A stretch of DNA of 64,000 bases, from positions 1 to 64,000 of the IMG/VR virus record IMGVR_UViG_3300025915_000004. One strand, written 5' to 3'. The translations under genes were made by a program, and so were the position numbers. The DNA is from a virus (taxonomy: Duplodnaviria > Caudoviricetes). The stretch's first letter is position 1, and each line of letters starts with the position of its first letter. The notes beneath the pieces were generated by a model, which was not told where the DNA came from, did no database searches, and was given only the letters and a program-made list of their open reading frames with translations. This document shows, piece after piece, positions 1-9,622 of the stretch.

Positions 1-234
1 TTCGGGCGGCATGGACATTACGACCTGCACGGCTGATTGCAGCGCTATGCGCTCGATGCCCGCCTGGAGGTAGAGCCGCGCCAGGAGCGCGGTGACGGCG
101 GGAACGGTGAGCGCGGCTCCGAGTGCCACGATCGACGCGTTCACCAGCTCCTCATCGCTTGGGCCCGCAGTCTGCTGTGCAGGCGGCGCGGGCTGCTGGA
201 CGGGTGCGGCGGGCTGGAACGTCGTGGTGGTCAT
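1..234 (-). CDS. 5' part of the gene downstream of portal, truncated by the window edge; possibly a MuF-like minor head protein
   Basis: Manual translation from ATG at 234 (MTTTTFQPAAPVQQ...ELVNASIVALGAAL...) is open to position 1 and overlaps the portal stop (ATGA). Product inferred from position only. Confidence 0.45.
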   Translation of the reverse strand, partial: MTTTTFQPAAPVQQPAPPAQQTAGPSDEELVNASIVALGAALTVPAVTALLARLYLQAGIERIALQSAVQVVMSMPPE

Positions 235-1820
235 GCCGGCCTCGGACCCGGCGGGTTGGCTCCGCCCGCGCCGAGGCGGGATGTCTGGTCCGGCGGGGAC
301 GGCGGGCCGGATACGCCGGGTGTGCTGCGCAGACCCTCGGGTACCCCTCCCTGCCGCTGCGCGGCCTGGCGGGTGAGGTTCTGCGCCGCGCCGACCAGGC
401 CCTGCACCTGTCCGAAGCCTGCGGCGGCCGAGGGCGGCATGCCGGGCGGAGGCTGGGCCGCCAGTTGCTCGGCGCGCTGCTGCGCGGTCGACACCAACGC
501 GGTGTGCACCTGGTCGATGTCGAGTTGCAGGATGGACGCCATGCGCTCGGTGATCAGGTCGAACACCGGCACGGGGATGTGCAGCACGGGAGCGGCGGCG
601 AGCTGGCCGAACAGGGTGATCAGCGATTGCAGCTGCTCGTCTTGCAGCGGCCCGAACCGCCAGTTCGGGAAGGCCGCGCCCGGCCCGAAGTTCAGCAGCA
701 CCAGCGGACGCAGCACATCGTAGGACAGGGATTCGGAGATCTCCTTGGCCACGGCCTGGCGGGACTTGAGGTAGAACGCACTCTGATCCTGGGAGAGCGC
801 GTACGCGCCGCGGCCGGCCGTGGCTCCGCCGACCAGGCCCATGAATCCGGCCAGGACGCTCTGCGTCTGCCAGCCTTCGAGGAACATCATGGCTTCGGAG
901 AAGAACTTGCCGGCGTCGGCGGGCTGCTGGATGACCTCGAACGCCTTCTTGCCGTCGGACGGGTGGACCAGGCCGACCACGCCCGCGCCCTTGAGCTGGG
1001 CGATGTCGTCGGCCCGGACGTTGGCTTCGGGTTGGTCGCCGCCGTAGGCGACGATGCGCTGCATCGCCTGGTTCTCCAGGAAGTAGTACCAGAGGAACAG
1101 CAGCTTCATCTTGGTCTGGTAGACCCAGTAGCTGACGTCCATCTCCGAGATGCCGCTGAGCGGTTCGCGGTGCTTTCCGTGCGTGTGGATGTAGGAGCGC
1201 ACCTTCGGGATGTCGACGTATCCGGGGACCTTCTGGTCTTTGGTCAGCATCAGGTTGCCGCCGAACAGCCAGACCTGCTGGCGGAAGCCGTTCGGGACCG
1301 CGGTGCGCGAGTTGTAACGGGCCTGGCAGGTGGCGGGCGGGCGGAACGCGATCTTGTCGTAGACGATCCGGCCGTCGGATTCGCGGACCTTCCAGACCTT
1401 CTCGAAGAACGCCCGGCGGTATACCTGCGCACTGGTGACCTGGCCGACCAGCTCGTGTGCCGGAGTGGACATGCCGCCGTCGGTGTCCGGAGTCAGCAGC
1501 ACGCTGCGTGCGAAGTCGGTCTCCCCGCTGTCGCCCTTGGCGGGCTCGATGGAGAAGTCGGCCTCGCGGATCGGCAGGGTCAGCACGGACTCCACCGCAG
1601 AGCAGATTCCGTCCCGGCGGAACATCGCCTTCATGTCTCGTGCGGTGTACTCGCCGTAGTCGAAGACGTCGCCTTCGCCGTACCAGGCGAACAGCCGCTG
1701 TCCGAGGTCGAACTGCGTGCCGAGCTCCTGGCCGAGCAGCTCGCGCTTCGACTTTGCCTTCAGGTCCGGGAACGCGTAGACGTTGTCTCCGAGTGCCGAA
1801 CTGCCGTTCGTCTTGGCCAC
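231..1820 (-). CDS. Phage portal protein (DUF935-like)
   Basis: Directly after terminase; about 530 aa with portal-like segments (LTLPIREADFSIEP, RAFFEKVW). GTG at 1820 has an AGGGAG SD; the 653-aa track ORF is over-extended. Confidence 0.85.
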   Translation of the reverse strand: MAKTNGSSALGDNVYAFPDLKAKSKRELLGQELGTQFDLGQRLFAWYGEGDVFDYGEYTARDMKAMFRRDGICSAVESVLTLPIREADFSIEPAKGDSGETDFARSVLLTPDTDGGMSTPAHELVGQVTSAQVYRRAFFEKVWKVRESDGRIVYDKIAFRPPATCQARYNSRTAVPNGFRQQVWLFGGNLMLTKDQKVPGYVDIPKVRSYIHTHGKHREPLSGISEMDVSYWVYQTKMKLLFLWYYFLENQAMQRIVAYGGDQPEANVRADDIAQLKGAGVVGLVHPSDGKKAFEVIQQPADAGKFFSEAMMFLEGWQTQSVLAGFMGLVGGATAGRGAYALSQDQSAFYLKSRQAVAKEISESLSYDVLRPLVLLNFGPGAAFPNWRFGPLQDEQLQSLITLFGQLAAAPVLHIPVPVFDLITERMASILQLDIDQVHTALVSTAQQRAEQLAAQPPPGMPPSAAAGFGQVQGLVGAAQNLTRQAAQRQGGVPEGLRSTPGVSGPPSPPDQTSRLGAGGANPPGPRPA

Positions 1821-1867
1821 GGCTCTCCCTCCCGGTGATCGCCTGTGTGCAGGGTAACGCCGAGCGG

Positions 1868-3589
1868 TCAGAACGGCGACGCCCCGTCGCCCCACGAGCG
1901 TACGTTGCCGCGCCGGCCGTGCTCGGGCGCGTCGTCGGGATCGCGCGGACCCCACGCGTCCAGATCGCCGAACCCTCCGGCGGTGGCGGCCTCTTGGAGC
2001 AGTCTGCGGCGCACAGCCCGAGGCACTGCGACGCGCTCGTCCTCGGGGTCCGGTGCGGCGATCGGATCCCCGCCGCGTTCGCGTTCGAGCGGTACGGCGG
2101 CGGCCAGGGCTCCGCCGTCGCGGGACCACTGTGCCACCAGCGCGCGCTGCACCGGTCCGAAGCTCATCTCCAGGAACGGGTGGCACGCCCACACCAGGGA
2201 GTCGAGCCGGTCGGGAGAGCGTTCGTTGGCGGCTCCAGTGAAGGTCGCCTGCTGGTCTTCCAGCTCGGTGAATCGCTCAGTATCCAGGCGCCATTCGGTC
2301 TTGCCGGTGTCCGGATCGAGTGCCTGGTATTTGGTCGTCTTCTGGCAGTGCTTGACGATGCCACGTTCGTACAAACCGGATATCGGTTCGGCGCGGGTGC
2401 GTTTGGCCTCTCCTGCGTGGATCTTCTCCACTTTCACACGCTTCTGGATTACGCCTTCCTTGAGCAAGGCCTTCTGGATCTGCTCGATCAAGTCCATCAT
2501 CCACTGGCCGCCGTGGTTCTTCTCCACGATGACTGTGGCGTCCAGCTGCGCGGCGCGGATCAGGAACCGACGGGCGAACGGGGCCGGGGCCTCCTGGCCG
2601 CCCCATGACTCGATGACGTAGACCTGGTCCCGCATCGGTCCGAGTCCGACGATCGTGTACGCCTGTTCGTCGGACTCCTCTGTGCCGTCGGACGGGTCCA
2701 CGCCGATTTTGATTGACGTCAGGTATTCGGGGCCGCCATCTTCGCCGACTCCCGGACACTGCGCGGCCTCGATCATCTGGCGTGTCCACAGCGCGTTGGC
2801 GACGTCGTCGAGCAGTTCGCCTTCAAGCTCCTGGCGCTCCAGCCGGGTGCCCTTGGCTGCGCCGACCACTGAGCGAAAGAACGATTCGGACAGGTTCTTG
2901 ATGTTGTCCAGAGTGCGCAGCCGGCGCAGGATCACCGGTCCGTCGCCGAACTCGTCGTCTCCTCGGCTGGCGCGGATCAACCGACGCACCAGCGCGCGGG
3001 CGGGACGGGACGCCTTCGGCGTACCGGTGAGGATGATCTTCGAGGAGCCTTTGCGGACGGCGAACCGGATCGACTCTTCCCAGGCGGTCTTCCAGCGCTT
3101 CCACAGGCCGACCTCGTCGCCCCAGGCCGCGCGCAGGTTCTTGCCCTGCACGCGCAGCGCGCCGTCGTCGGCCGAGTCGACGTAGATCACGTGTCCGCTG
3201 CGTAGGCCGATCTCGCCGTAGCTGCGGTAGGCGTAGTCGACGGTGCGCGACAGGCCGTGCTTGACCTCTCCAGCCGTGGTCCCCAGCGCCGCGAGGATGC
3301 CGGACTCACCCTCGACGCATACCGTCCAGGCGTCCCGGTAGGTGGGTGCGATGATGCCGTACTGGCCGGGCGGGTTGAATTCGAGGTCCGCTTCGATCAG
3401 CTCTGCCAGGCCGGCGGCGCCGGATCGAGTCTTGCCGCTGCCACGGCCGCCCTGGAAGTAGATGACGCGCCAGTCGCCTTCGGGCAGTCTCTGCTCCGGC
3501 CGGGCGTCACGGTGCCAGCGGGCGGTGGCGGACTCGACCACGACTCCGGGGTCGAGCCGCCGTGCCCACTCCTTCAGGATGTTGCCCAT
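1868..3589 (-). CDS. terL: Terminase large subunit
   Basis: Walker A GGRGSGKT, Walker B AAWGDE, motif III LTGTP, nuclease acidic motifs IGVDPS and DRLDSLVW. Confidence 0.95.
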   Translation of the reverse strand: MGNILKEWARRLDPGVVVESATARWHRDARPEQRLPEGDWRVIYFQGGRGSGKTRSGAAGLAELIEADLEFNPPGQYGIIAPTYRDAWTVCVEGESGILAALGTTAGEVKHGLSRTVDYAYRSYGEIGLRSGHVIYVDSADDGALRVQGKNLRAAWGDEVGLWKRWKTAWEESIRFAVRKGSSKIILTGTPKASRPARALVRRLIRASRGDDEFGDGPVILRRLRTLDNIKNLSESFFRSVVGAAKGTRLERQELEGELLDDVANALWTRQMIEAAQCPGVGEDGGPEYLTSIKIGVDPSDGTEESDEQAYTIVGLGPMRDQVYVIESWGGQEAPAPFARRFLIRAAQLDATVIVEKNHGGQWMMDLIEQIQKALLKEGVIQKRVKVEKIHAGEAKRTRAEPISGLYERGIVKHCQKTTKYQALDPDTGKTEWRLDTERFTELEDQQATFTGAANERSPDRLDSLVWACHPFLEMSFGPVQRALVAQWSRDGGALAAAVPLERERGGDPIAAPDPEDERVAVPRAVRRRLLQEAATAGGFGDLDAWGPRDPDDAPEHGRRGNVRSWGDGASPF

Positions 3590-3618
3590 AGCGGCAGGTT
3601 AGCGCGCTGCCGACGCGT

Positions 3619-3939
3619 TCAACTGTTGTCCGGGTCCGGGCCTGAGTCCGGCTCCGGCTCCGGCTCCATCTCCGCGACTTCGGGCGGTGGCGGAGGCGGG
3701 TACACCTCCTGAAGATACGGCTCGGGCCGGACGACCTTCACCTGGCGCATCGGCGTGAGGTGGTACTCCCACGCCGCTCCCTCCGGATTGCTCTCCAGCC
3801 AGCCGACGACCTGGCTTTCGAGGGTGAGCAGACCGACCGGCCACTCACCGCGGTTCTGCACGAGCCAGACGCGGCCGGTCAGCTGCTCGTTGGTCCGCTC
3901 CGGCTCGCTGCGCGCGATCTCGCCCTTGAGCGTCGTCAC
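3619..3939 (-). CDS. Hypothetical protein
   Basis: Tightly packed between neighbours (4-bp overlap); Pro/Glu-rich tail. Confidence 0.6.
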   Translation of the reverse strand: MTTLKGEIARSEPERTNEQLTGRVWLVQNRGEWPVGLLTLESQVVGWLESNPEGAAWEYHLTPMRQVKVVRPEPYLQEVYPPPPPPEVAEMEPEPEPDSGPDPDNS

Positions 3940-4295
3940 TCGCCGGCGCCGTCGTCGAGACTGATGGAGAGCAGCGGGTGCGTCTCCTGGTCATGCAGGT
4001 GCTGGCGCAGGAGGTAGCCCTCCAGCGCCCAGATCTCGGACCGTGCCTTGTCCTTGGCCAGCCTCTTGCCGATCTCGACGTCGAAATTGTCGGGACTGGC
4101 CGAGGCGGAGTGCCCGACGACGTGGAAGCCGTTGGCCAGGGTGAGCACGCACACGGTCAGCGACGTGCCGTCGGGCTGCCAGTACCGCTCATCGGCGATC
4201 AGCGCGTCGATGCGGTCGGGCGTGACGCGCGGCGCGGTGTGGCCGGTCGACTCGTGGTCGGCCTGGAGCTGTTCATCGGTGTATTGACCCGTCAC
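3936..4295 (-). CDS. Phage N4 Gp49 / Sf6 gp66 family protein
   Basis: Signature LTVCVLTLANGFHVVGHSASASPDNFDVEIG...IWALEGYLL. Confidence 0.85.
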   Translation of the reverse strand: MTGQYTDEQLQADHESTGHTAPRVTPDRIDALIADERYWQPDGTSLTVCVLTLANGFHVVGHSASASPDNFDVEIGKRLAKDKARSEIWALEGYLLRQHLHDQETHPLLSISLDDGAGE

Positions 4296-4307
4296 GGGTG
4301 TCTCCTC

Positions 4308-4868
4308 CTACTGCCATTGTCCGTTGAAGCGCCACCAGTCGGCGGGCGTGACCAGTTCGGTCCTGCTCATCGGCGGCGAGATGAGGCCCAGGTGGGCGTA
4401 GGCCCATGACGCCGCGCTGGAGCAGACCACGTGCGCAGGGCGGGCGACGCCGTCGTCCCAGCCCCACCAGTGATCGATCAGCTTGGCCAGTTCGACGGCG
4501 TGCAGCGCGACGTTGAAGTCGGCGAGGATGCCGCCCACCCAGTCGTATCGTGTGCCGAGCAGGCCCTCCATCAGCTTGCACACGGCCTGGCGCTGTTGGT
4601 CCGTCTTGGGCTGCCCGGTGTTGCCTCGGGCCGCGCGCAGCTGCGCCTTCGTCGAGAAGTACGTGGACATGTCCACCCACCCGACGCCGGACGGCCGTCC
4701 TTCGATGCCCCAGCACACGCCGTTCTTGTCCGTGTGGTGGACGACGACGACGTGGTCGACCGGAGCGTGGTGCCCGGTCAGCCATGAGCCGATGATGATC
4801 GGGATGCGCCCGAGTCCGGGGGCGTCGACCGCCCAGACGTCGCCGGGGTTGAATCCGAGACCGGTCAC
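4308..4868 (-). CDS. Permuted papain-like (YiiX/YebB-type NlpC/P60) amidase
   Basis: His before Cys arrangement: DHVVVV ... YDW ... VVCSSAASWAY. Confidence 0.65.
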   Translation of the reverse strand: MTGLGFNPGDVWAVDAPGLGRIPIIIGSWLTGHHAPVDHVVVVHHTDKNGVCWGIEGRPSGVGWVDMSTYFSTKAQLRAARGNTGQPKTDQQRQAVCKLMEGLLGTRYDWVGGILADFNVALHAVELAKLIDHWWGWDDGVARPAHVVCSSAASWAYAHLGLISPPMSRTELVTPADWWRFNGQWQ

Positions 4869-5785
4869 AGCGACTCAAGCCATTTCTTGATCTTGTCGAT
4901 CAGCCATTGGATGCAGCCGGGCGGCGGCGGGTCGGGCGGACTGGGATTCGGAACCGGTCCCGGAGACGGCGGATCCGGGACCGGCGGCACCGGAGCCGGG
5001 AACGGCTTGCCGGTGATCTCGGTGTAGTCCGCGGCGAGCTGCGCCAGGTTGACACCCTCCTGGAATTCCCGAGAGCCGAGGTGCTCGGGCCAGATCACGG
5101 CCCAGCACTCGCTGACCTGCTTGGTCCAGAAGCGGTCGGTGAACGAGGTCTCCTGCGCCCAGGTGATGAACTTCTCGTCTCCGCCGAGCTGCGGCGAGCT
5201 GCCGCCTGGTGCGGTGCCGTACCCGCCGACCAGCACCGAGTGGCCGCCGACGTCGGGGGAGCCGGAGACGTAGTCCCACTTCTGCCCGGCGTCGAACTGC
5301 TGCTCGTTGGCCTCCAGCACGTCGAAGCCGACCCACACCGCGCCGAAGATGGCGATGGCGGCCTTGACCTCGGCCGGGTTGGTGTGGTCGACGGCGGCGA
5401 AGCCAACCGCCTTGACACCGTCCGGGCCGCCGGTCTTGACCAGGTATTCGAGCAGCGTCTGGATGTCCATGCCGTCGTCGGCGCCGTTCGGGTTCTGCGT
5501 GGCGTAGACCTGCAAGACCTGGGCGATCGGCGGATAGAACTCGGTGCTCAGCGTGCTGGTGGTCACCCTGCGCAGATTCGCCCAGGTGACCGCGACGCAG
5601 TCGCCCAGCCTGTCGTTGCCGAGCATCTGCCACCGGTCGAGCGTGGCGAGATAGTCGGCGGCGCTCGGGTAGCTGGGTACGACCCCGGTCAGCGAGCGGG
5701 ATAGCCGGATCCGCGGCCGGGCGGGGTCGTTGGGCCGGCGCCCGTACTTGCCGCGCTGCCGCCCTGGCATGCCGTCATGAGTCAT
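4865..5785 (-). CDS. Papain-like (C1-type) cysteine peptidase
   Basis: QMLGNDRLGDCV (catalytic Cys), GGHSVLVGGY (His), FITWA; Pro-rich tail. Confidence 0.7.
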   Translation of the reverse strand: MTHDGMPGRQRGKYGRRPNDPARPRIRLSRSLTGVVPSYPSAADYLATLDRWQMLGNDRLGDCVAVTWANLRRVTTSTLSTEFYPPIAQVLQVYATQNPNGADDGMDIQTLLEYLVKTGGPDGVKAVGFAAVDHTNPAEVKAAIAIFGAVWVGFDVLEANEQQFDAGQKWDYVSGSPDVGGHSVLVGGYGTAPGGSSPQLGGDEKFITWAQETSFTDRFWTKQVSECWAVIWPEHLGSREFQEGVNLAQLAADYTEITGKPFPAPVPPVPDPPSPGPVPNPSPPDPPPPGCIQWLIDKIKKWLESL

Positions 5786-5795
5786 CTGATCCTTC

Positions 5796-6713
5796 TCACG
5801 TGAGGGGTGCGGTCCAGGACGCGCCCCAGGTCTTCGGGCCGACCTCGCCGTCGCGCGTCAGGCCCTTCTCGGACTGGAACTGCTCGCAGACGCCGAACGA
5901 CTGGTCGCCGAACCGGCCGTCCACGCTGATCGTCCAGCCTCGGTCCTTCATGCGCTGCTGCCACAGCGCGACCACGTGGTTGTCGACCGAGCTGTAGTAG
6001 CCCGAGTGGCAGTGCGGGTCCGAGCTCGGACGGCTGAGATAGTCGGCCGGGCCGAACGGCCAGGTCGGTACGTGCGTCACGGGCTTGGGCGGCACGGGCG
6101 GCTTCGGCGCCGGCGTGCCGGGCAGGAACGTGTTCAGCCAGCTGGTCAGGCCGACGTCGATGTCCTGCTGGGCCATCGCCAGTGTGACGTTCGTTCCGGG
6201 AACGAACGTGTTCGGGTTGCTGGCCGGGTCGCCGAACTGCACACCGCGCACGTCCGGGTGTGCGGCGATGAAGTTCTGCGCCGCCGCCAAAGACCAACTC
6301 CAGTTGGCGACGACGTAGTAGACGTCCTTCGGGTTGGCGATGGCCGCCTTGAGAGCAGGCCAGTCGCCGTATCCGACGTACAGGACGGACTCTTCGCCGC
6401 GGGACTGGCGGGCGGCCACGGCCCGGTGCGCCGCCGCGTTAGTGCCCGCCTGGAACTCCACATCTGCTACGGCGCAGGGCACGCCGAAGCGCGACTGCCC
6501 GGAGGCGAACAGGTCGAGCGTCGGCGTCTGGTCGATACCCATCAGGCCGACGCCGGCGGCGCGGGCCTGATCGACCTGCGCCTGGGTGATCTGAATGGTG
6601 GCGGTGCTGCCCAGCTGCGTGAGGTAGACCGCTCGGACGAAACCCTTCGCCAGGGGTGCGCGGCCGAAGTCGCCGCTGGTGACGTCGCTGTACTCGGTGA
6701 ACTGGCTGCTCAT
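5796..6713 (-). CDS. Endolysin: putative GH25-like glycoside hydrolase domain plus C-terminal peptidoglycan-binding domain
   Basis: C-terminal WQQRM...VDGRFG...FQSEKGLTRDGEVGPKTW is a typical PG-binding domain; N-terminal DVE motif and Pro linker. Catalytic family is tentative. Confidence 0.75.
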   Translation of the reverse strand: MSSQFTEYSDVTSGDFGRAPLAKGFVRAVYLTQLGSTATIQITQAQVDQARAAGVGLMGIDQTPTLDLFASGQSRFGVPCAVADVEFQAGTNAAAHRAVAARQSRGEESVLYVGYGDWPALKAAIANPKDVYYVVANWSWSLAAAQNFIAAHPDVRGVQFGDPASNPNTFVPGTNVTLAMAQQDIDVGLTSWLNTFLPGTPAPKPPVPPKPVTHVPTWPFGPADYLSRPSSDPHCHSGYYSSVDNHVVALWQQRMKDRGWTISVDGRFGDQSFGVCEQFQSEKGLTRDGEVGPKTWGASWTAPLT

Positions 6714-6715
6714 GG

Positions 6716-6997
6716 TCAGACTGCGTGTGCGAGCAGCGCCGCGAGCGCGGCTTCGACGTCGGCCTCCAGCTTGGCCGCCAAAGCGCCGGCCGCGGCCTTG
6801 ACCTCGGGTTCGGCCGCCGCGACGGCGTCCTCGATGTCGGCCTTGGCCTGCGAAATCAGTTCGGTGACCTCGCTGTGGACGTCGGCGGCCTTGGCCTCGA
6901 CGTCGGCCAGGGCCGCTTCCGCCTTGCGTGCCACTTCGCCGGTGATCTGGCCGAGCAGGTGCTTGGCCTCGGTGATCAGGCCGCTGAAACCGGACAT
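6716..6997 (-). CDS. Ala-rich helical hypothetical protein
   Basis: ATG at 6997 with GGGAG SD. Confidence 0.6.
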   Translation of the reverse strand: MSGFSGLITEAKHLLGQITGEVARKAEAALADVEAKAADVHSEVTELISQAKADIEDAVAAAEPEVKAAAGALAAKLEADVEAALAALLAHAV

Positions 6998-7080
6998 GAT
7001 GGATCTCCCGCTATCTGACGACAAGTGCTGACGCGGCACAGCGTACTGCGGACTACACGCGAGCCGCTATGCGGAGACGC

Positions 7081-7117
7081 CGAAGGCGCGGACGCCTGTA
7101 AGCGGTCCGCGCCTTCG
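7081..7117. terminator. Hairpin, probable terminator
   Basis: CGAAGGCGCGGAC ... GTCCGCGCCTTCG, 13-bp perfect stem. Confidence 0.7.
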
Positions 7118-7159
7118 TCCCTGCGGGTCTCACCTCGGTTGCCAGCCGGTTCCCAGCCA

Positions 7160-7435
7160 CTACCAGACTCGCCTGTCGTCGGTCGAGCGTAGCAGCGTGC
7201 CGATCGGCTCGGTATCGGCCTGCCGCAGGGTGATGATCCTTTCGCACTGCGCTCCGGTGGCGTGCAGCACCGACCGGTTCTCCATGACGGCCATCTCCTC
7301 GTGCAGCCGGTCGATCTCGGCGTCCTGCTCGGAGATGACCGCGGCGGCGAGCATGTAGACCTGCGCGGCCAGGGCATTGCCCTCGACTGCGGCGCGAAGC
7401 GTCCTCAGCCGGCTGCGGGCATCGGCTTCGGTCAC
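7160..7435 (-). CDS. Hypothetical protein
   Basis: Coupled ORF with 4-bp overlap. Confidence 0.55.
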   Translation of the reverse strand: MTEADARSRLRTLRAAVEGNALAAQVYMLAAAVISEQDAEIDRLHEEMAVMENRSVLHATGAQCERIITLRQADTEPIGTLLRSTDDRRVW

Positions 7436-7680
7436 GCCTTGACTTCTTCCCAGCCGTAGTCCTTCGCCAGGTCTCGGATCTCAGAGGCGATCAGGCCGTG
7501 GCAGGCGATGAAGGTGCGCGGCACCCGCCAGGCGGCCAGGCCGTTGCCGACCGGAACCGTGTCCGGCTTGCCGTTCACAGCGCGGCGGTATTTGTCCCAG
7601 GCGGTCTGCTTCATCCGGTGGCGCACACCGCAGCAGCAGTTCGTGATCTGCACGAACGAGACGTCGGATTTGTTGCCCAT
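7432..7680 (-). CDS. Hypothetical protein
   Basis: Coupled ORF with non-shadow amino-acid composition. Confidence 0.6.
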   Translation of the reverse strand: MGNKSDVSFVQITNCCCGVRHRMKQTAWDKYRRAVNGKPDTVPVGNGLAAWRVPRTFIACHGLIASEIRDLAKDYGWEEVKA

Positions 7681-7707
7681 CTCAGACCATCATCCTCTCC
7701 AGATCAA

Positions 7708-8589
7708 TCACGGTAACTTTGCGAGATCGTCGTCACTGCTCTGTTTCCTGTCCTGCCTCTCGGCACGCCGTGCGAGCAGGCGGCGCAGTGCTTCTGCGCC
7801 CTGCTGCGGAACCACGCCATTGCCGATGGCTTTGAGTTGGTGGTTGCGCGGGACGCCAGAAACTGCGGTGACCCAGCCCTCCGGCAGGCCCATCATCCAT
7901 TCCGGGAACCGTGTGGTCATGCGTGGCCCGTTGAGTCCGGGTTCGGTCGGCTCCGGGGCGGGATGGCCGAATACGCGCTCCCACCGCTGGACGGCGAGCG
8001 TGTACGGACCCCAGCTGTGTACCAGCAGATGCTCCACCTCATCCGCCAGGGTGGCCCCGTGGCCACCCTGGCGGCGCTTGTCCGGGTGCTGCGAGCCGCC
8101 GTTGATCGCGAGCTGCGCTGTCGGTGTCTTCAGCAGTCTGATAATGCGTGTCTGAAGATCGTCTTTCGATTCGGGCCGAGAGAGGGGGAACGCACCCTTC
8201 CCGTCTGTCGCTCTCGGCGTCGGGAGCATACGCATAACCGCTGAAGGCAGCATCAGATCCCCCGATGAGCCGCGCTGATTCGGGCCGCCTTTGGATCCGT
8301 CAGTCGCTCGGGGGGTCGGAAGAGGCTTCTGGTCGCCGAATAATGCCCGGATCATGCAAGCTTCCATGTCGCCTCCACCGCCGTTGGCCCGTGCCAAGCT
8401 GAGCGCCATGGCTTCGTCAAACGATCGGGGCGGATTAGCTGGTCGGCCAGGCGAGGAGAAAGATCCTGTTGCGAGGGTGGGGGGCGCCGACATCGGATGC
8501 GCGTACACACTCCCACTCCGCATCGAACCCGAGCGCGGCAAGATCTGCGAGAACGATTTCGAGGCCGCGCCTGACGAGGGCTGCGACAT
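7708..8589 (-). CDS. C5 cytosine DNA methyltransferase, C-terminal polypeptide (variable region plus motifs IX-X)
   Basis: Three (P/K)TP repeats, EWMMGLPEGW, LKAIGNGVVPQQ. The start is uncertain (8589 or 8664). Confidence 0.8.
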   Translation of the reverse strand: MSQPSSGAASKSFSQILPRSGSMRSGSVYAHPMSAPPTLATGSFSSPGRPANPPRSFDEAMALSLARANGGGGDMEACMIRALFGDQKPLPTPRATDGSKGGPNQRGSSGDLMLPSAVMRMLPTPRATDGKGAFPLSRPESKDDLQTRIIRLLKTPTAQLAINGGSQHPDKRRQGGHGATLADEVEHLLVHSWGPYTLAVQRWERVFGHPAPEPTEPGLNGPRMTTRFPEWMMGLPEGWVTAVSGVPRNHQLKAIGNGVVPQQGAEALRRLLARRAERQDRKQSSDDDLAKLP

Positions 8590-8968
8590 TCTCCAGCAGG
8601 ACGAGAGCAGGTCGTAATGCGCCAATGGCCCGTGCGACCTGCGGCCAGAGCCAGCGGTCATCATCCACCCCTTTTCGCAGCCCTGCGTCTGATATCGGCT
8701 GACATGGAAATCCCGCTATGAGCAAGTTGACGGGCTCTACCTGCGTGTAGTCGATGGCGCTGATGTTCCCGAGGTTCGGCACGCCTGGCCAGTGGCTCGC
8801 CATGATCTGGGCGGCGTACTGATTGGTGTCCGGTTTGCCTGTTTTGCTGTCCGGCGGCTCCCACTGGGCGTACCAAGCAAGACGGGAGTTCGGGAATACG
8901 TCCTCGACAGCCATGTCCAAGCCGCCGTATCCGCTGCACAGAGAGCCGACGACCAGTTCACCCATCAA
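8435..8968 (-). CDS. C5 cytosine DNA methyltransferase, N-terminal polypeptide (motifs I-VIII)
   Basis: SLCSGYGG (I), AGFPCQP (IV), LLENV (VI), PHPRNRIF (VIII), then stop. Confidence 0.9.
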   Translation of the reverse strand: MMGELVVGSLCSGYGGLDMAVEDVFPNSRLAWYAQWEPPDSKTGKPDTNQYAAQIMASHWPGVPNLGNISAIDYTQVEPVNLLIAGFPCQPISDAGLRKGVDDDRWLWPQVARAIGALRPALVLLENVAALVRRGLEIVLADLAALGFDAEWECVRASDVGAPHPRNRIFLLAWPTS

Positions 8969-9019
8969 GCACCTCGCAGATCCTCCCTGAACGCTCCTGC
9001 TGATGACAAGTGTAGCAGG

Positions 9020-9514
9020 CTAGGCGCTGGCCGCCAGTGCATCGGCGAGCATCCGCGCCCGGATCTCACGCTGAATCCCGGCCATCATCGCTGTCCCGCC
9101 CTCGGCGTACTGGCTCTCCAGGAGCATGGCATCGACGTCTCGGTCGCCGTTGACCCGCTTGCCGCGCATCCACTGCGACCACTTGACCATCTGGCCGTCG
9201 TCAAACGCCGACTTGTCCGTGACAAATTTGGTCAGGGCGGCCAGCCGGTCGTCGATCGAGCTCCAGAGCGTTTCGAAGCGCTCCTCCCACGTCGGCGGGC
9301 GCGGCACGGGCACCTCGCGCACGTCCGCCACGTGCCTGCGCTGCTCGGACGGGAGCATGGCCGGACCGGTGGGGATCGGCCTGCGCGTCATGAAGCCCGT
9401 GGCGGGCCGCAACTCGGCAGGAAGCTCGCGATCTGCGGGGAATCCGGACTCATCGACCACGCGGCGGACGGGCCGGCGCTGACGCCGACGGGGTGTCGGA
9501 AAGTGGAACGCCAT
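9020..9514 (-). CDS. Hypothetical protein
   Basis: ATG at 9514 with GAGGAAG SD. Confidence 0.6.
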   Translation of the reverse strand: MAFHFPTPRRRQRRPVRRVVDESGFPADRELPAELRPATGFMTRRPIPTGPAMLPSEQRRHVADVREVPVPRPPTWEERFETLWSSIDDRLAALTKFVTDKSAFDDGQMVKWSQWMRGKRVNGDRDVDAMLLESQYAEGGTAMMAGIQREIRARMLADALAASA

Positions 9515-9574
9515 GATCAGGTCTTCCTCTCCACGGTCCGCACCCGAGAGTTGCGCGCCCGTAGGATGGCGCAA

Positions 9575-9606
9575 GCGGGATTGCCGGGTGCGGCCGACAA
9601 TCCCGC
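9575..9606. terminator. Hairpin closing the korA-traB transcription unit
   Basis: GCGGGATTG ... CAATCCCGC just downstream of the 9623 stop. Confidence 0.55.
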
Positions 9607-9622
9607 CTAGTGTTACTTGGTA

